A stretch of DNA of 46,283 nt from a virus (IMGVR_UViG_3300010354_007935:1-46283), one strand, 5' to 3'; numbered from the stretch's first letter, positions 1 through 8,882 are shown. Notes: generated by a model not told the origin, from the letters alone. A program made the numbers and translations.

Positions 1-643
1 CAATAATGTGCCCACCGAGGCCATGAGCCGCATCGGCACACTCAATGATTGCACTGAGTTGAGGATACCCAACACCAGTTTGTATACGAGTAGTACATAC
101 ACTCCCAGGACCAATACCAACTTTAACGATATCTGCTCCACGTAAAATTAACTCCTGTGTCATGTCTGCGGTAACAACGTTACCTGCAATAATAGTGCAA
201 TGGGGAAACGTTTCTCTAACTTTTTGAACATAGTCACCAAAGCGTTCTTGGTAACCGTTAGCAACATCAATGCAAACAAAATGTATTTCAGGATATGCAT
301 TTATAGTTTGACGTAATTTTAAAAAATCATTATCACTAGTTCCTGTGCTGACAGCAAAATAATTACCGCCAATATCTTCTACAGTTGTGTCAAAATATTC
401 TATGTTGATATTTTTTACTAAACAGGTAAACATTCTATGCCTGTATAGTGCGTGAGCCATATCAAGTGTACCAACACCGTCCATATTGGATGCCATAATT
501 GGAACGCCAGTCCACTCTGTTTTACTATGTCGAAATTTATAGGTACGATTTAAGTCTACTTCTTTACGACTAGAAAGTGTACTGCGTTTAGGACGAATAA
601 GTACGTCTTTAAAATCTAATTTAATTTCGTCTTCAATTCTCAT
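1..643 (-). CDS. guaC: GMP reductase (runs off the left edge of the window; not in the ORF track)
   Basis: Manual translation from ATG at 643: [31 protein letters not shown]...[14 protein letters not shown]...[46 protein letters not shown]. This matches enterobacterial-type GuaC, including the catalytic Cys loop. ATGA overlap with the upstream PRTase stop. Confidence 0.97.
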   Translation of the reverse strand, partial: MRIEDEIKLDFKDVLIRPKRSTLSSRKEVDLNRTYKFRHSKTEWTGVPIMASNMDGVGTLDMAHALYRHRMFTCLVKNINIEYFDTTVEDIGGNYFAVSTGTSDNDFLKLRQTINAYPEIHFVCIDVANGYQERFGDYVQKVRETFPHCTIIAGNVVTADMTQELILRGADIVKVGIGPGSVCTTRIQTGVGYPQLSAIIECADAAHGLGGHII

Positions 644-1233
644 TGTTCCCACCATGCTTCATACGGGAATTCAATCCATACGTCGTTTTCAGCTTTGTTT
701 ACTTCCATACCAACAAAGTCCATACCTATTCTACATTTACTAGATAGGTTATCGACAAGGACTGCAAATTTTACATTATTATTCCAAACATGTTCCCAAT
801 CAGGATCATCAGGTAAACAACTTGCTGGCCAGTCATTCATAATCCAATTAAAGGTAGCACCGGTATCGTTAATATCGTCAACCACAAGAATATTTTTGTA
901 ACTGGGCGGCTCGGGCATTTCTAATAGACTCGATGCGGCCTCTAATACTGCACCGATGTCGTTTTCATCGTCAACATGAATTTCTTGTTTAGGATAGCCA
1001 AATGCGTCTTCAGCCATACCGCAGTCACTAACACATTCGCCGCCGTCACGCAGACTAACTTGCAAAGGTTTCATAGGAACATTTAGGTAATGGCTAATCA
1101 TGACAGCAGGCACTAACCCTCCACGGCTAATACCTACAACATAGTCTGGTCTCCAGCCACTATTACCAATATCTCTACAAAGTTTAGCAACTAACTTTTT
1201 TAAGTCTCGATCTTTAAGGATTAGCTTGTTCAT
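640..1233 (-). CDS. Type I phosphoribosyltransferase, Gpt/xanthine-guanine PRTase-like
   Basis: [13 protein letters not shown]-terminal motif and PRPP-binding loop [14 protein letters not shown]; C-terminal WIEFPYE resembles the Gpt WIxFPW motif. Confidence 0.88.
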   Translation of the reverse strand: MNKLILKDRDLKKLVAKLCRDIGNSGWRPDYVVGISRGGLVPAVMISHYLNVPMKPLQVSLRDGGECVSDCGMAEDAFGYPKQEIHVDDENDIGAVLEAASSLLEMPEPPSYKNILVVDDINDTGATFNWIMNDWPASCLPDDPDWEHVWNNNVKFAVLVDNLSSKCRIGMDFVGMEVNKAENDVWIEFPYEAWWEQ

Positions 1234-1976
1234 CGTGGTGCAAATTCCTGTTGCATTTTAATATTGTCAAAGAATTCTTTCTTTGTTCCTATATCGTCTT
1301 TAAAAGCACCTTTGAGTACAGTAGTTTGTGTAAGACTACTATGTGCCATAATACCACGATTCTCACAACATCCGTGAGTGGCTTGGATATACACGCCTAA
1401 GTCTTTTGCGCCTGTGGCTTTTTCGATTTCCCTAGCAATGTCATTGCAAAGTTCCTCCTGGAGAGTACCACGTCGGGCGCACCACTGTGCGATGCGGGTG
1501 TACTTGCTGAGACCGATAAGTTTCTGCGCGGCAATAATACCAATATAAGCAACGCCAACAACGGGTTGGTGATGATGGCTACACATACTGCGAAGCTCGC
1601 TGCGAACAACCAGCATACCAGAATAGCGGTCCTCCGAATCATTTGGAAATGCTGTTGCGTCTGGTGCTGGGTCATATCTTCCTGCCATTATTTCGTTAAA
1701 GTACATTTTAGCAAGGCGACGGGCTGTGCCTTTACTATTAGGATCGTTTTCACGATCAATCAGCAACCGATCAAGCACCAGTTCAAATGCTGGTGTAGCT
1801 TCGTCGATAAGTTTTTCTATGTCGCCTTCGTACAAGTAGTCACTGATGTTATCACCTGCCCAAAAGCGTTTGCCTTCGCGTCGCATCTTAAAACGAATGT
1901 GATCTCCTAAGTATGCTTCTGAATATCCACCGTCGCCTGCCATTGCGTCTAGTGCTGTTTCTTTTTTATTGGTCAT
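1230..1976 (-). CDS. folE: GTP cyclohydrolase I (type IA)
   Basis: SMCSHHHQP, GLSKYTRI, LQEE and ATHGCCENRG zinc/catalytic motifs. Start moved to ATG 1976, which follows a GGAGA ribosome-binding site. Confidence 0.96.
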   Translation of the reverse strand: MTNKKETALDAMAGDGGYSEAYLGDHIRFKMRREGKRFWAGDNISDYLYEGDIEKLIDEATPAFELVLDRLLIDRENDPNSKGTARRLAKMYFNEIMAGRYDPAPDATAFPNDSEDRYSGMLVVRSELRSMCSHHHQPVVGVAYIGIIAAQKLIGLSKYTRIAQWCARRGTLQEELCNDIAREIEKATGAKDLGVYIQATHGCCENRGIMAHSSLTQTTVLKGAFKDDIGTKKEFFDNIKMQQEFAPR

Positions 1977-1995
1977 TGTTTCTCCTATCCGTAAC

Positions 1996-2025
1996 ATTAT
2001 ACAGATGTATTTAGGTCCTGGTCAA
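1996..2025 (-). promoter_or_regulatory. Sigma70-like promoter TTGACC-N18-TATAAT with a TAAATA box in the spacer
   Basis: Read directly on the minus strand upstream of the folE RBS; TAAATA at 2008-2013. Confidence 0.7.
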
Positions 2026-2220
2026 GTTTTTAACTCTTTTTCGGCATTCTTCTTTAACTTCTTTCGGAATATCAGGATGCCATTCTGCCATTCCGCAATC
2101 ATAAATTCTAACTTTTTCCTCGGGCATAGGTATTGACGCCAATAAAATTACCCAACCAATCGAAGCAACAATGGCACCTATAATGTATTTCACAATCTCT
2201 CGCTTAACAGGATCCTGCAT
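2011..2220 (-). CDS. Small hypothetical membrane protein
   Basis: One hydrophobic segment (YIIGAIVASIGWVILLASIP); co-oriented with neighbours. Confidence 0.6.
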   Translation of the reverse strand: MQDPVKREIVKYIIGAIVASIGWVILLASIPMPEEKVRIYDCGMAEWHPDIPKEVKEECRKRVKNLTRT

Positions 2221-2447
2221 AATTGTTCGTCTTTTTTAGTTTTAAAATGAAACTCCATGAAATCTTCAAACGGGTGATATATAAATCTATCACCAGGCAA
2301 ACCAAATACTTCAAGTACCATAGCGCAAGTTTCATTCCACCAAAATGTTCCTTGATTGTGCCAATCTACTCTGACACAGTAACTAAACTTGTTTACGGTA
2401 ATTACCTTTTTCGGGGATAACGTGTCTAACTCCTCCTCTTGGATCAT
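2190..2447 (-). CDS. Hypothetical protein
   Basis: 85 aa ORF with GGAGA about 5 nt before the ATG; fills the gap in the operon. Confidence 0.6.
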   Translation of the reverse strand: MIQEEELDTLSPKKVITVNKFSYCVRVDWHNQGTFWWNETCAMVLEVFGLPGDRFIYHPFEDFMEFHFKTKKDEQLCRILLSERL

Positions 2448-2760
2448 CCATATCTCCTTTACGTCGTGGAATCATGTGTATATGTGGATACATTACAGTT
2501 TGCCCTGCCGACTCTCCAACATTTTGACCAATATTAAATCCGTCCCACCGTCCTGACTCTACACCTTCGTAACCAAATTTATATGCGGCTTTAAAACATG
2601 GCCACAAACAACCTGGTTCTAAAGTTGTTGGTACAAATAACAAATGCCCCTCCGTTACCGGATAGGCATCTCGAAAAACCCAATAGTCGTTGCTTCGGAA
2701 TTCAATTTCTTTCCACGGTGCTACTCCGTTATCTAGTGCGTTTATTAGATCGTTCTTCAT
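2383..2760 (-). CDS. HIT family nucleotide hydrolase
   Basis: FRDAYPVTEGHLLFVP, GFNIGQNVGESAGQTVMYPHIHMIPRRKGD. Confidence 0.9.
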   Translation of the reverse strand: MKNDLINALDNGVAPWKEIEFRSNDYWVFRDAYPVTEGHLLFVPTTLEPGCLWPCFKAAYKFGYEGVESGRWDGFNIGQNVGESAGQTVMYPHIHMIPRRKGDMDDPRGGVRHVIPEKGNYRKQV

Positions 2761-2923
2761 CTTTCATTACCTTAATTTCGTCTTGTAAATAGGCCTTATA
2801 TTCGGATAATACTTCTAATTTACGACCAGAATTTTCTCCGCCTTCGAGTAAAAGTTTTTTAATATCATCTTCCACTCGTTTAATTTTGTCTTCAAGATCC
2901 TGAATAGTAATTTCTTCGCTCAT
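2729..2923 (-). CDS. Small coiled-coil hypothetical protein
   Basis: 64 aa charged heptad-like ORF; start overlaps the upstream stop. Confidence 0.6.
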   Translation of the reverse strand: MSEEITIQDLEDKIKRVEDDIKKLLLEGGENSGRKLEVLSEYKAYLQDEIKVMKDEERSNKRTR

Positions 2924-3156
2924 ACGGTTAATCCATATGCAAGGGCTTGCAGTTCTTCTTTAGTCATATTAAAACTATATGTGCTAGTATCTGAAACTTC
3001 TCCTTTATCATTAAGGCTTTCTTGAATCAGATCAATAGCAAATAGTCCTTTGGGATTGATACTTTCCCATTTTTCCATACGCAAGCGAAAGCCATCGCTT
3101 TCTTTAATAATCATTTCTTTTGCTGTACTAGCAACATCAGGGTGTAAGTTTCTCAT
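2920..3156 (-). CDS. Hypothetical protein
   Basis: 78 aa ORF with 4-bp overlaps at both ends. Confidence 0.65.
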   Translation of the reverse strand: MRNLHPDVASTAKEMIIKESDGFRLRMEKWESINPKGLFAIDLIQESLNDKGEVSDTSTYSFNMTKEELQALAYGLTV

Positions 3157-3404
3157 TGTAGGTTCCTTTTGTGGTCTTCGTTGTTGAAAAAATTGTCAAG
3201 TTTTTCTAAAACTTCATCTGACAGTTCTTCGATGTCATCTTCGCTAAGTGGTCGGCTTCGAGCTTCGAGCTCTTCTGGAGTAAGTTCAGTAAACATAGTT
3301 GTAATTTCTTTGACGAACTCATCTAGTTCTTCTTGACTACCTTCGAAGTTATCGAAACATCCGGGTACAAATTCAATTTTAAGAGGTTTCTTTTCATCAG
3401 TCAT
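3153..3404 (-). CDS. Acidic hypothetical protein
   Basis: 83 aa, D/E-rich, tightly packed in the operon. Confidence 0.65.
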   Translation of the reverse strand: MTDEKKPLKIEFVPGCFDNFEGSQEELDEFVKEITTMFTELTPEELEARSRPLSEDDIEELSDEVLEKLDNFFNNEDHKRNLQ

Positions 3405-3405
3405 T

Positions 3406-3801
3406 TTATTCGCCTTTTAATGATTCCCACATACGAGCCTTGCTTAATTCTTTAATGTATTCATCGTACATTTTTTTAAGTTTAGGATGCTTAGCCTCTA
3501 GTTTAACATCTCTTTCGGGAATTTGCAAGACCTGTTCAATTGTGTTTAACCGTTCTTCTAAGTCTCGACCGTTTATAACCACGTTTCCTTTGACTTCGAG
3601 AGAAGCATTTTTTTCCAGGATAACTTTTTCTTCACCGTGCGGAATTGTCAAAATAGCATTTTGATTTGAACTAACAAAGTTTGTACTAGAGTTAACCCAA
3701 CTTGTACCATTTGTTCCGCTTGCGGTCAGGAACTGCCCGGCAGTTCCGGAATAGTTAATTTTGTAATTTGGCGGATTTCCGGTATTCAAAGTATTTGCCA
3801 T
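3406..3801 (-). CDS. Hypothetical protein
   Basis: 131 aa; S/T/G-rich N-terminus (GTAGQFLTASGTNGTSW) and helical C-terminus. Confidence 0.65.
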   Translation of the reverse strand: MANTLNTGNPPNYKINYSGTAGQFLTASGTNGTSWVNSSTNFVSSNQNAILTIPHGEEKVILEKNASLEVKGNVVINGRDLEERLNTIEQVLQIPERDVKLEAKHPKLKKMYDEYIKELSKARMWESLKGE

Positions 3802-4243
3802 TTTCCATCCATTTGTTCTTTACGAGAAATCCCCATTCTCGTTTGTGCGGCCCAGGCATAAACAATGTCCAACATTCGATACCTTCGGCTAGTTCTATTC
3901 TATGATAGCTGTTAGCAGAGCAAGTGCGAAAATGACCCGGGCCTCTCCAATGACACATCTCAGCAATTTTCCCCCCGTTTTTATCAAATACAGGAACCCA
4001 CTCGTAATACCCGCCTTTAAGTATTAGTGTAGCATATGGCCAAGGATGATCATGAACATCGTCGGGGTCAGATTTTAAAAACTTGTGTAAAAACACGTTA
4101 AATGGAAACCATGACCTGTCTTTAAGAAAAACATAGTATCTTTCCAAATAAGGTTCATTTTCGAGTCTGTCCATAATAACACGTTTACGTCCGCGTCGTT
4201 CCATAAATTCAAAGAACTTATTTTTTAGTGTTTGGATTATCAT
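3755..4243 (-). CDS. Cupin-fold (RmlC-like) metal-binding protein
   Basis: DDVHDHPWPYATLILKGGYYE (motif 1: HxH...E) and SYHRIEL (motif 2 His). Confidence 0.75.
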   Translation of the reverse strand: MIIQTLKNKFFEFMERRGRKRVIMDRLENEPYLERYYVFLKDRSWFPFNVFLHKFLKSDPDDVHDHPWPYATLILKGGYYEWVPVFDKNGGKIAEMCHWRGPGHFRTCSANSYHRIELAEGIECWTLFMPGPHKREWGFLVKNKWMENGKYFEYRKSAKLQN

Positions 4244-4664
4244 AATCGTCCTTCACAAGATAATACGTAGTTTTAAATTTTTCAAATGCAATTTTAAGAC
4301 CTGGATATACTTCACACATTTTTTGTACTCGACTCCAATCAGGAAAATGATGTTTCCATTCGGAGTTCATAATGCTCTCCAAATTAGATATATCAAATGT
4401 GCTTATAGTTGCAGTTCCACTAGTAGTAGAGATAGTAGCATATCCACCAGCTCCGCCAATAGTTGAAATACCACTTGTACCAACAGCACCAATTGAATAA
4501 ACAGGAGAACTGGTTAGACCGGTAATTGTTATTGTGTCTGACGCAGATAGTCCACTACTCAAATTGATAGAACTAAAATCTATAGTATCAGCAGATGATC
4601 CTATAGTAATAGTATCAATTTGCGATTGTGTTAAGTAACCCGGTTGCTGAGAAAAAGTGCTCAT
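4218..4664 (-). CDS. Hypothetical protein with S/T/G-rich N-terminus
   Basis: 148 aa; low-complexity N-terminal part, C-terminal FPDWSRVQKMCEVYPGLKIAFEKF. Confidence 0.65.
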   Translation of the reverse strand: MSTFSQQPGYLTQSQIDTITIGSSADTIDFSSINLSSGLSASDTITITGLTSSPVYSIGAVGTSGISTIGGAGGYATISTTSGTATISTFDISNLESIMNSEWKHHFPDWSRVQKMCEVYPGLKIAFEKFKTTYYLVKDDYDNPNTKK

Positions 4665-5691
4665 GTAAAGACTCCGTTTGTTGTTTAAGCTGTGGAAGTC
4701 TCGATTCGTAATAGTCCATATGACTCATTATTGCTCTGCATAAATCAGGTCTATAAACATTATAAGCATCCCAGCTTTCTGTCCATTTGCTTTGATATTT
4801 AAAAATATTAAAATACATCTCTGTGTAACTGAGTCTATCAGGAACCATAGGAATAGCGTCTACTACTGCGCCTTCGTAACAACTAATGCCTAAAGTTTCT
4901 TGTAGGTTGGCAGAAAAAACTAACTTGGCCTCGCCTAACAACGTGTGATATTCATGTTTTGTTAATTTTTGATCCTGACACACTACAAATTCATATTGTG
5001 GTAAGTGTGTAGCTAAGTCTCGAAAGATCTCAACTTGCTTCTCTGGAGCGATCCTATGAGGGAAAAGGATCAAGTCACGTTTCTTCATGCCTTTATATGG
5101 TGCCAATGTATCTAGCATATATTCCATTGGCCAGCCTGTGCGTACAATTTTACCATCTTTTATATATGAAAGTTTTGCTGTTTCAAAATCTATACCTAAT
5201 AGATTATGACAAAACATTTCAATATGAAAGTCTGTGGCAAAATAGTTATGGTCGATAGCATGAAAGAAACTTTTTTCAGCATAACGTACCCACGGAGCGT
5301 TGCCAATAAGGCGTCCTAAAAAGTCTTGAGGATCATAGCTACCAGCATGCCATAGTGCGTGAATAGTTACAGGTATCTGTAACAGTTCACTCATATATTT
5401 TAAGTTTATGATACCAGGATGCCAAGCATCAGTAAACAAAAAATGATCGCCAGGCTTAACTGCTCCGGATGTAAATAAGCGACTAAATTCCTCAACTTGA
5501 CGAGACTTGTATATATTAGTCCCGCCAAAATTGAGAAAGGCACCAGGAGTAGTGGCACTAGGAATATCTTCAGGACCAGAGATAACTTGAATCTCATGTC
5601 CTGCCCTTTTAAAAATTTTGGGTACATGTTCTTTCCATTGTGCAGTATATCGAGTTTCAACTGCTTCTAAGTCTACAACATAAACGGTCAT
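4615..5691 (-). CDS. GT-B fold glycosyltransferase (GT4-like, retaining)
   Basis: ILFPHRIAPEKQ and VFSANLQETLGISCYEG (E-X7-E motif) in the C-terminal Rossmann domain; 358 aa. Confidence 0.8.
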   Translation of the reverse strand: MTVYVVDLEAVETRYTAQWKEHVPKIFKRAGHEIQVISGPEDIPSATTPGAFLNFGGTNIYKSRQVEEFSRLFTSGAVKPGDHFLFTDAWHPGIINLKYMSELLQIPVTIHALWHAGSYDPQDFLGRLIGNAPWVRYAEKSFFHAIDHNYFATDFHIEMFCHNLLGIDFETAKLSYIKDGKIVRTGWPMEYMLDTLAPYKGMKKRDLILFPHRIAPEKQVEIFRDLATHLPQYEFVVCQDQKLTKHEYHTLLGEAKLVFSANLQETLGISCYEGAVVDAIPMVPDRLSYTEMYFNIFKYQSKWTESWDAYNVYRPDLCRAIMSHMDYYESRLPQLKQQTESLHEHFFSATGLLNTIAN

Positions 5692-5945
5692 TGTACATAC
5701 GACCTATTATTACCGCTACGGTTATATTCCCCACGAGGCTTACGTGTATTATCCCAAGCCTTCTTTGGCTTTAGACTTTTTTCGTAGTTGCGCCATACCC
5801 AACTTGCTCTGTTATAAAGATCAGCTTCGTTAAACGGAGCCATTTCCATGCAACAAAAGTTGCGGAATGATTCCAAATCGTCAAAGATTTTGACAATATC
5901 CGGACGTTCACTGAAATAAGAAATTTCTTTATAATTTTTAGCCAT
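5688..5945 (-). CDS. Hypothetical protein
   Basis: 85 aa ORF with an AAGGAAAG RBS; overlaps the glycosyltransferase start. Confidence 0.65.
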   Translation of the reverse strand: MAKNYKEISYFSERPDIVKIFDDLESFRNFCCMEMAPFNEADLYNRASWVWRNYEKSLKPKKAWDNTRKPRGEYNRSGNNRSYVQ

Positions 5946-5959
5946 TATAGCTTTCCTTT

Positions 5960-6355
5960 TTAATACTTAATAAATGAACCATTTTCTCCGTCTTCGGAGA
6001 CCTCAATCCAAACTTCACGGTCTGGATACCTTGCATGAATCTGAGCGTATAAATCATCACTCATCATCTCGCAACTTTTATAATCTAACGACAATACACC
6101 TTCGTTGCTAGAATACAGTTTTTCGAGCCATCGCTTGAATTGTATAAATTCCACATCTCGGTCATTGTGGGTAACACTAAGATAAACCCTAAAATGAAAG
6201 ATATGGCGATGAGGATGGCCCAAGAACGAAACGTCATATTCGTCTCCAGTAGCTAAGTTGGGGTCAGTTAATGCCGCTGGGTATTTGTGAATACCTTCCT
6301 TACGAAATGTGACCCAAATCATTTTGTTAGGACGGATGTCTTGCTTAATAATCAT
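5960..6355 (-). CDS. queD: QueD-like / 6-pyruvoyl-tetrahydropterin synthase-like T-fold protein
   Basis: EGIHKY, GHPHRHIFHFRV, SCEM and VSEDGENG align by eye to the QueD His triad, T/SxEN and VxE motifs. Start set at ATG 6355 (ATGA overlap). folE and TGT-like genes are in the same cluster. Confidence 0.68.
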   Translation of the reverse strand: MIIKQDIRPNKMIWVTFRKEGIHKYPAALTDPNLATGDEYDVSFLGHPHRHIFHFRVYLSVTHNDRDVEFIQFKRWLEKLYSSNEGVLSLDYKSCEMMSDDLYAQIHARYPDREVWIEVSEDGENGSFIKY

Positions 6356-6885
6356 GTTGGAGTATCCTGTGTATATTGATCCCAATAAGTGTATTTGTCT
6401 TTACTCATCAGGCTTGGAAGATGATGTGTCCAAACACCGGGATTGGTAGCACCCCAAGTGCGGTCATCGATTTTAAGTGTTGCATTGTAATTGTAAAGTT
6501 TAATGTAAGGCAACTTTACACTAATCATAGGAATAAATCTATCATGCTCGGTCCATCCATCTTCATGGATTTCTTCGGCATATTTTACATCAAAGTCTAA
6601 CGTAACCCAATAGCCGGCTTTAAGACAACCCATAATGCGGTCGTCCCAAGTTTTCCATTCTTCATAAGTGCTAGGATTAAAACTTTGGCTAGTACCAAAA
6701 TAAATTTGTTTGATTCGTTTAGACTCGTCTAGCATGGACTGTGTTTCATCTGCCTTACGCAGAATTTCTTCTAGAGGAGGAGTACCTACTACAAATAATG
6801 TGTACATTCCATAGGCAATCGTGTGTTCTACTTCGTAGCCTGTGAAGTATACAATACCTTGCCGTTCTTCTGTATTCAATCCCAT
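6352..6885 (-). CDS. Hypothetical protein adjacent to the QueD-like gene
   Basis: Start set at ATG 6885 (MGLNTEERQG), overlapping the upstream stop; 177 aa alpha/beta pattern. Confidence 0.75.
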   Translation of the reverse strand: MGLNTEERQGIVYFTGYEVEHTIAYGMYTLFVVGTPPLEEILRKADETQSMLDESKRIKQIYFGTSQSFNPSTYEEWKTWDDRIMGCLKAGYWVTLDFDVKYAEEIHEDGWTEHDRFIPMISVKLPYIKLYNYNATLKIDDRTWGATNPGVWTHHLPSLMSKDKYTYWDQYTQDTPT

Positions 6886-7772
6886 TTGATATAACCTCTG
6901 CTGTAGCCTTCTGGACGATCTGCACCATCCGCAAATGCTTGTTGCCAATTTGTATCACGATTGTAGCTTCTTGTCCAGAAAGAATCAACCTCTAGATAAC
7001 CGTTTTCAATCCAATGTTTGGCAAAGTGCATACAATTAATAAATTCGGGATGTCTTGGACTTGGAAAAACCATAGTGCAGGCTTTCCAAAGTAGTTTTGA
7101 AAAATCTGTAGTTACAGTTTTTTGAGCACCAAAAATTACTAACGCATTTTCTCTCAAAATATCTTTATCAAAAACATCTGTTTTATTACTTAAATCGATA
7201 ACAACATCGTAGTTTGCCTCAGTTTTTTCTTGTAATATATCTCCCCAGAGGTCTTTATTATTAGATCCTACAACATCTACTTGATAAAAATAACCGTTGA
7301 GTCGCATAGTATGATACGCAACCCATGCTAAAAAACCACTACCTAAGATTAACATACGAGAATGTACACCTTGACGTTCTTCAATAAGTCGTTGCGTCTG
7401 GTTTATAAGGTTAATGCCGCATGCTACTGGTTCAAGTATGTATTTAGGAGTTGCTTCTGGTACTACAACAAATTCGTTTTTACGGACATTATAGTAATCT
7501 GCATAAGCAGGTTCTCCTCTGGTAGCAACAAAATCTCCAATTTTAACATCTTTTGTATTGCTTCCGACCTGGACTACTTGACCGAGGCCCTCGTGACCTT
7601 GCATATAGATAGGCAATGGACCAAAGGTTCCTTGCATCATATCGATATCGCTACGGCATACTCCAGTCATAATGGATTTAACAACAATTTCGTCGGGTGT
7701 ATGTTCAGGTTTTTCCCAACCACCTTCACTAAAGGTGCCTGTACCAGTAGTCATTAAAATTCTTGTACGCAT
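6876..7772 (-). CDS. MDR-superfamily (Zn alcohol dehydrogenase-like) oxidoreductase
   Basis: TGVCRSD and GHEGLGQVVQVG catalytic Zn motifs; ILGSGFLA NAD-binding loop; no structural-Zn Cys loop. Confidence 0.88.
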   Translation of the reverse strand: MRTRILMTTGTGTFSEGGWEKPEHTPDEIVVKSIMTGVCRSDIDMMQGTFGPLPIYMQGHEGLGQVVQVGSNTKDVKIGDFVATRGEPAYADYYNVRKNEFVVVPEATPKYILEPVACGINLINQTQRLIEERQGVHSRMLILGSGFLAWVAYHTMRLNGYFYQVDVVGSNNKDLWGDILQEKTEANYDVVIDLSNKTDVFDKDILRENALVIFGAQKTVTTDFSKLLWKACTMVFPSPRHPEFINCMHFAKHWIENGYLEVDSFWTRSYNRDTNWQQAFADGADRPEGYSRGYIKWD

Positions 7773-8641
7773 AATTTTCCTAATTGTTTATGTATCCATA
7801 AATCTTGCTCGTATTGGTTAATCCAAAATTCGTTGTTATTTAGGTTTTTAACAGCAGTCTCGATCATTTTTTTATAAGCCGATTCGGGGCACAAACCTAA
7901 TGTATGTTTTATTGCGCTACTATCTGAACTAAAGCTAATATAAACATCATCGGATTTATCGTCTTTCCAATTAGCACTTAGAATCCATTTTGTAGTTCCG
8001 CTGTAGTATTCTAATTCTGCAAAGTCGTCAACATTGTATGTTCCGTTAGGATTTATATTTCCATAATCGGTGCTACTAATGTCTTTTAGTTTATGTCGCT
8101 GTATTGCTGAAGCAAATATTCGCGTTCCTGTTTTGTAATTTGTTAAGCAGGTATAGTAACTTAGCATATGAGGCATTAGATCTCTACTAACTCCTCCGAA
8201 TGCTAATTCTCGTGTAGTGAACCAACTACCGGGGTGGGGAATACGATTTTTATTATTCCATATAACATGTACACGTTTACTACTGTCTGCTAGTCTTTGA
8301 AATTCTGCTATTTCGGGTCTATATTGATTATTCTTAACCATCATAAATCGTGTATTAGGATAATCTTCTACAAGACATTGCCAGCATTTAGCATCGACTA
8401 CGCCTGGTTTTTCAACTAGTACAATTTTACATTTATTAGCAATAGTACGAGCAATTAACTCGTGTGTATAGTTAGGAGTACAAATCACTGCAATGTCGTA
8501 ATTGTCAGTAATTTCGTCTGCTGATCGAAACGTTGCATTTTTTTCAACACTAGGATCGACAGTATCGATATCAAATCCTAAACTTTTAAAAACACTTTGG
8601 TATAGATTGCCTATACCCATGCCTATGATAAGACTACGCAT
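7754..8641 (-). CDS. Gfo/Idh/MocA family NAD-dependent oxidoreductase
   Basis: LIIGMGIG Rossmann loop, AVICTPNYTH, VLVEKP, GGVSRDLMPHML. Confidence 0.88.
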   Translation of the reverse strand: MRSLIIGMGIGNLYQSVFKSLGFDIDTVDPSVEKNATFRSADEITDNYDIAVICTPNYTHELIARTIANKCKIVLVEKPGVVDAKCWQCLVEDYPNTRFMMVKNNQYRPEIAEFQRLADSSKRVHVIWNNKNRIPHPGSWFTTRELAFGGVSRDLMPHMLSYYTCLTNYKTGTRIFASAIQRHKLKDISSTDYGNINPNGTYNVDDFAELEYYSGTTKWILSANWKDDKSDDVYISFSSDSSAIKHTLGLCPESAYKKMIETAVKNLNNNEFWINQYEQDLWIHKQLGKLCVQEF

Positions 8642-8882
8642 TTTTGTTTTCTTTTGATTGTTCGTATTGTTTAAATAATCTTGTTACCGGTTCCATGCGT
8701 TCAGCAAAGATGTCTGGACTGGCTTCGGCAGCACGTTGCATATCCCATTCACTAGGATAGTGTCTAAGACACCACCTAGCATTGTCTTTAACGGACTTAG
8801 GTATGCGAGGAGTAGTAAGAAGCTCTTCAAGAAACTTCTTAGTTTGTACTACTGCTCGATACCGTTCGTCAGGTAGCGTCAT
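8634..8882 (-). CDS. Small conserved protein (resembles BPSL0761 family)
   Basis: MTLPDERYRAV...PRIPKSVKDNARWCLRHYP; start set at ATG 8882. Confidence 0.65.
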   Translation of the reverse strand: MTLPDERYRAVVQTKKFLEELLTTPRIPKSVKDNARWCLRHYPSEWDMQRAAEASPDIFAERMEPVTRLFKQYEQSKENKNA

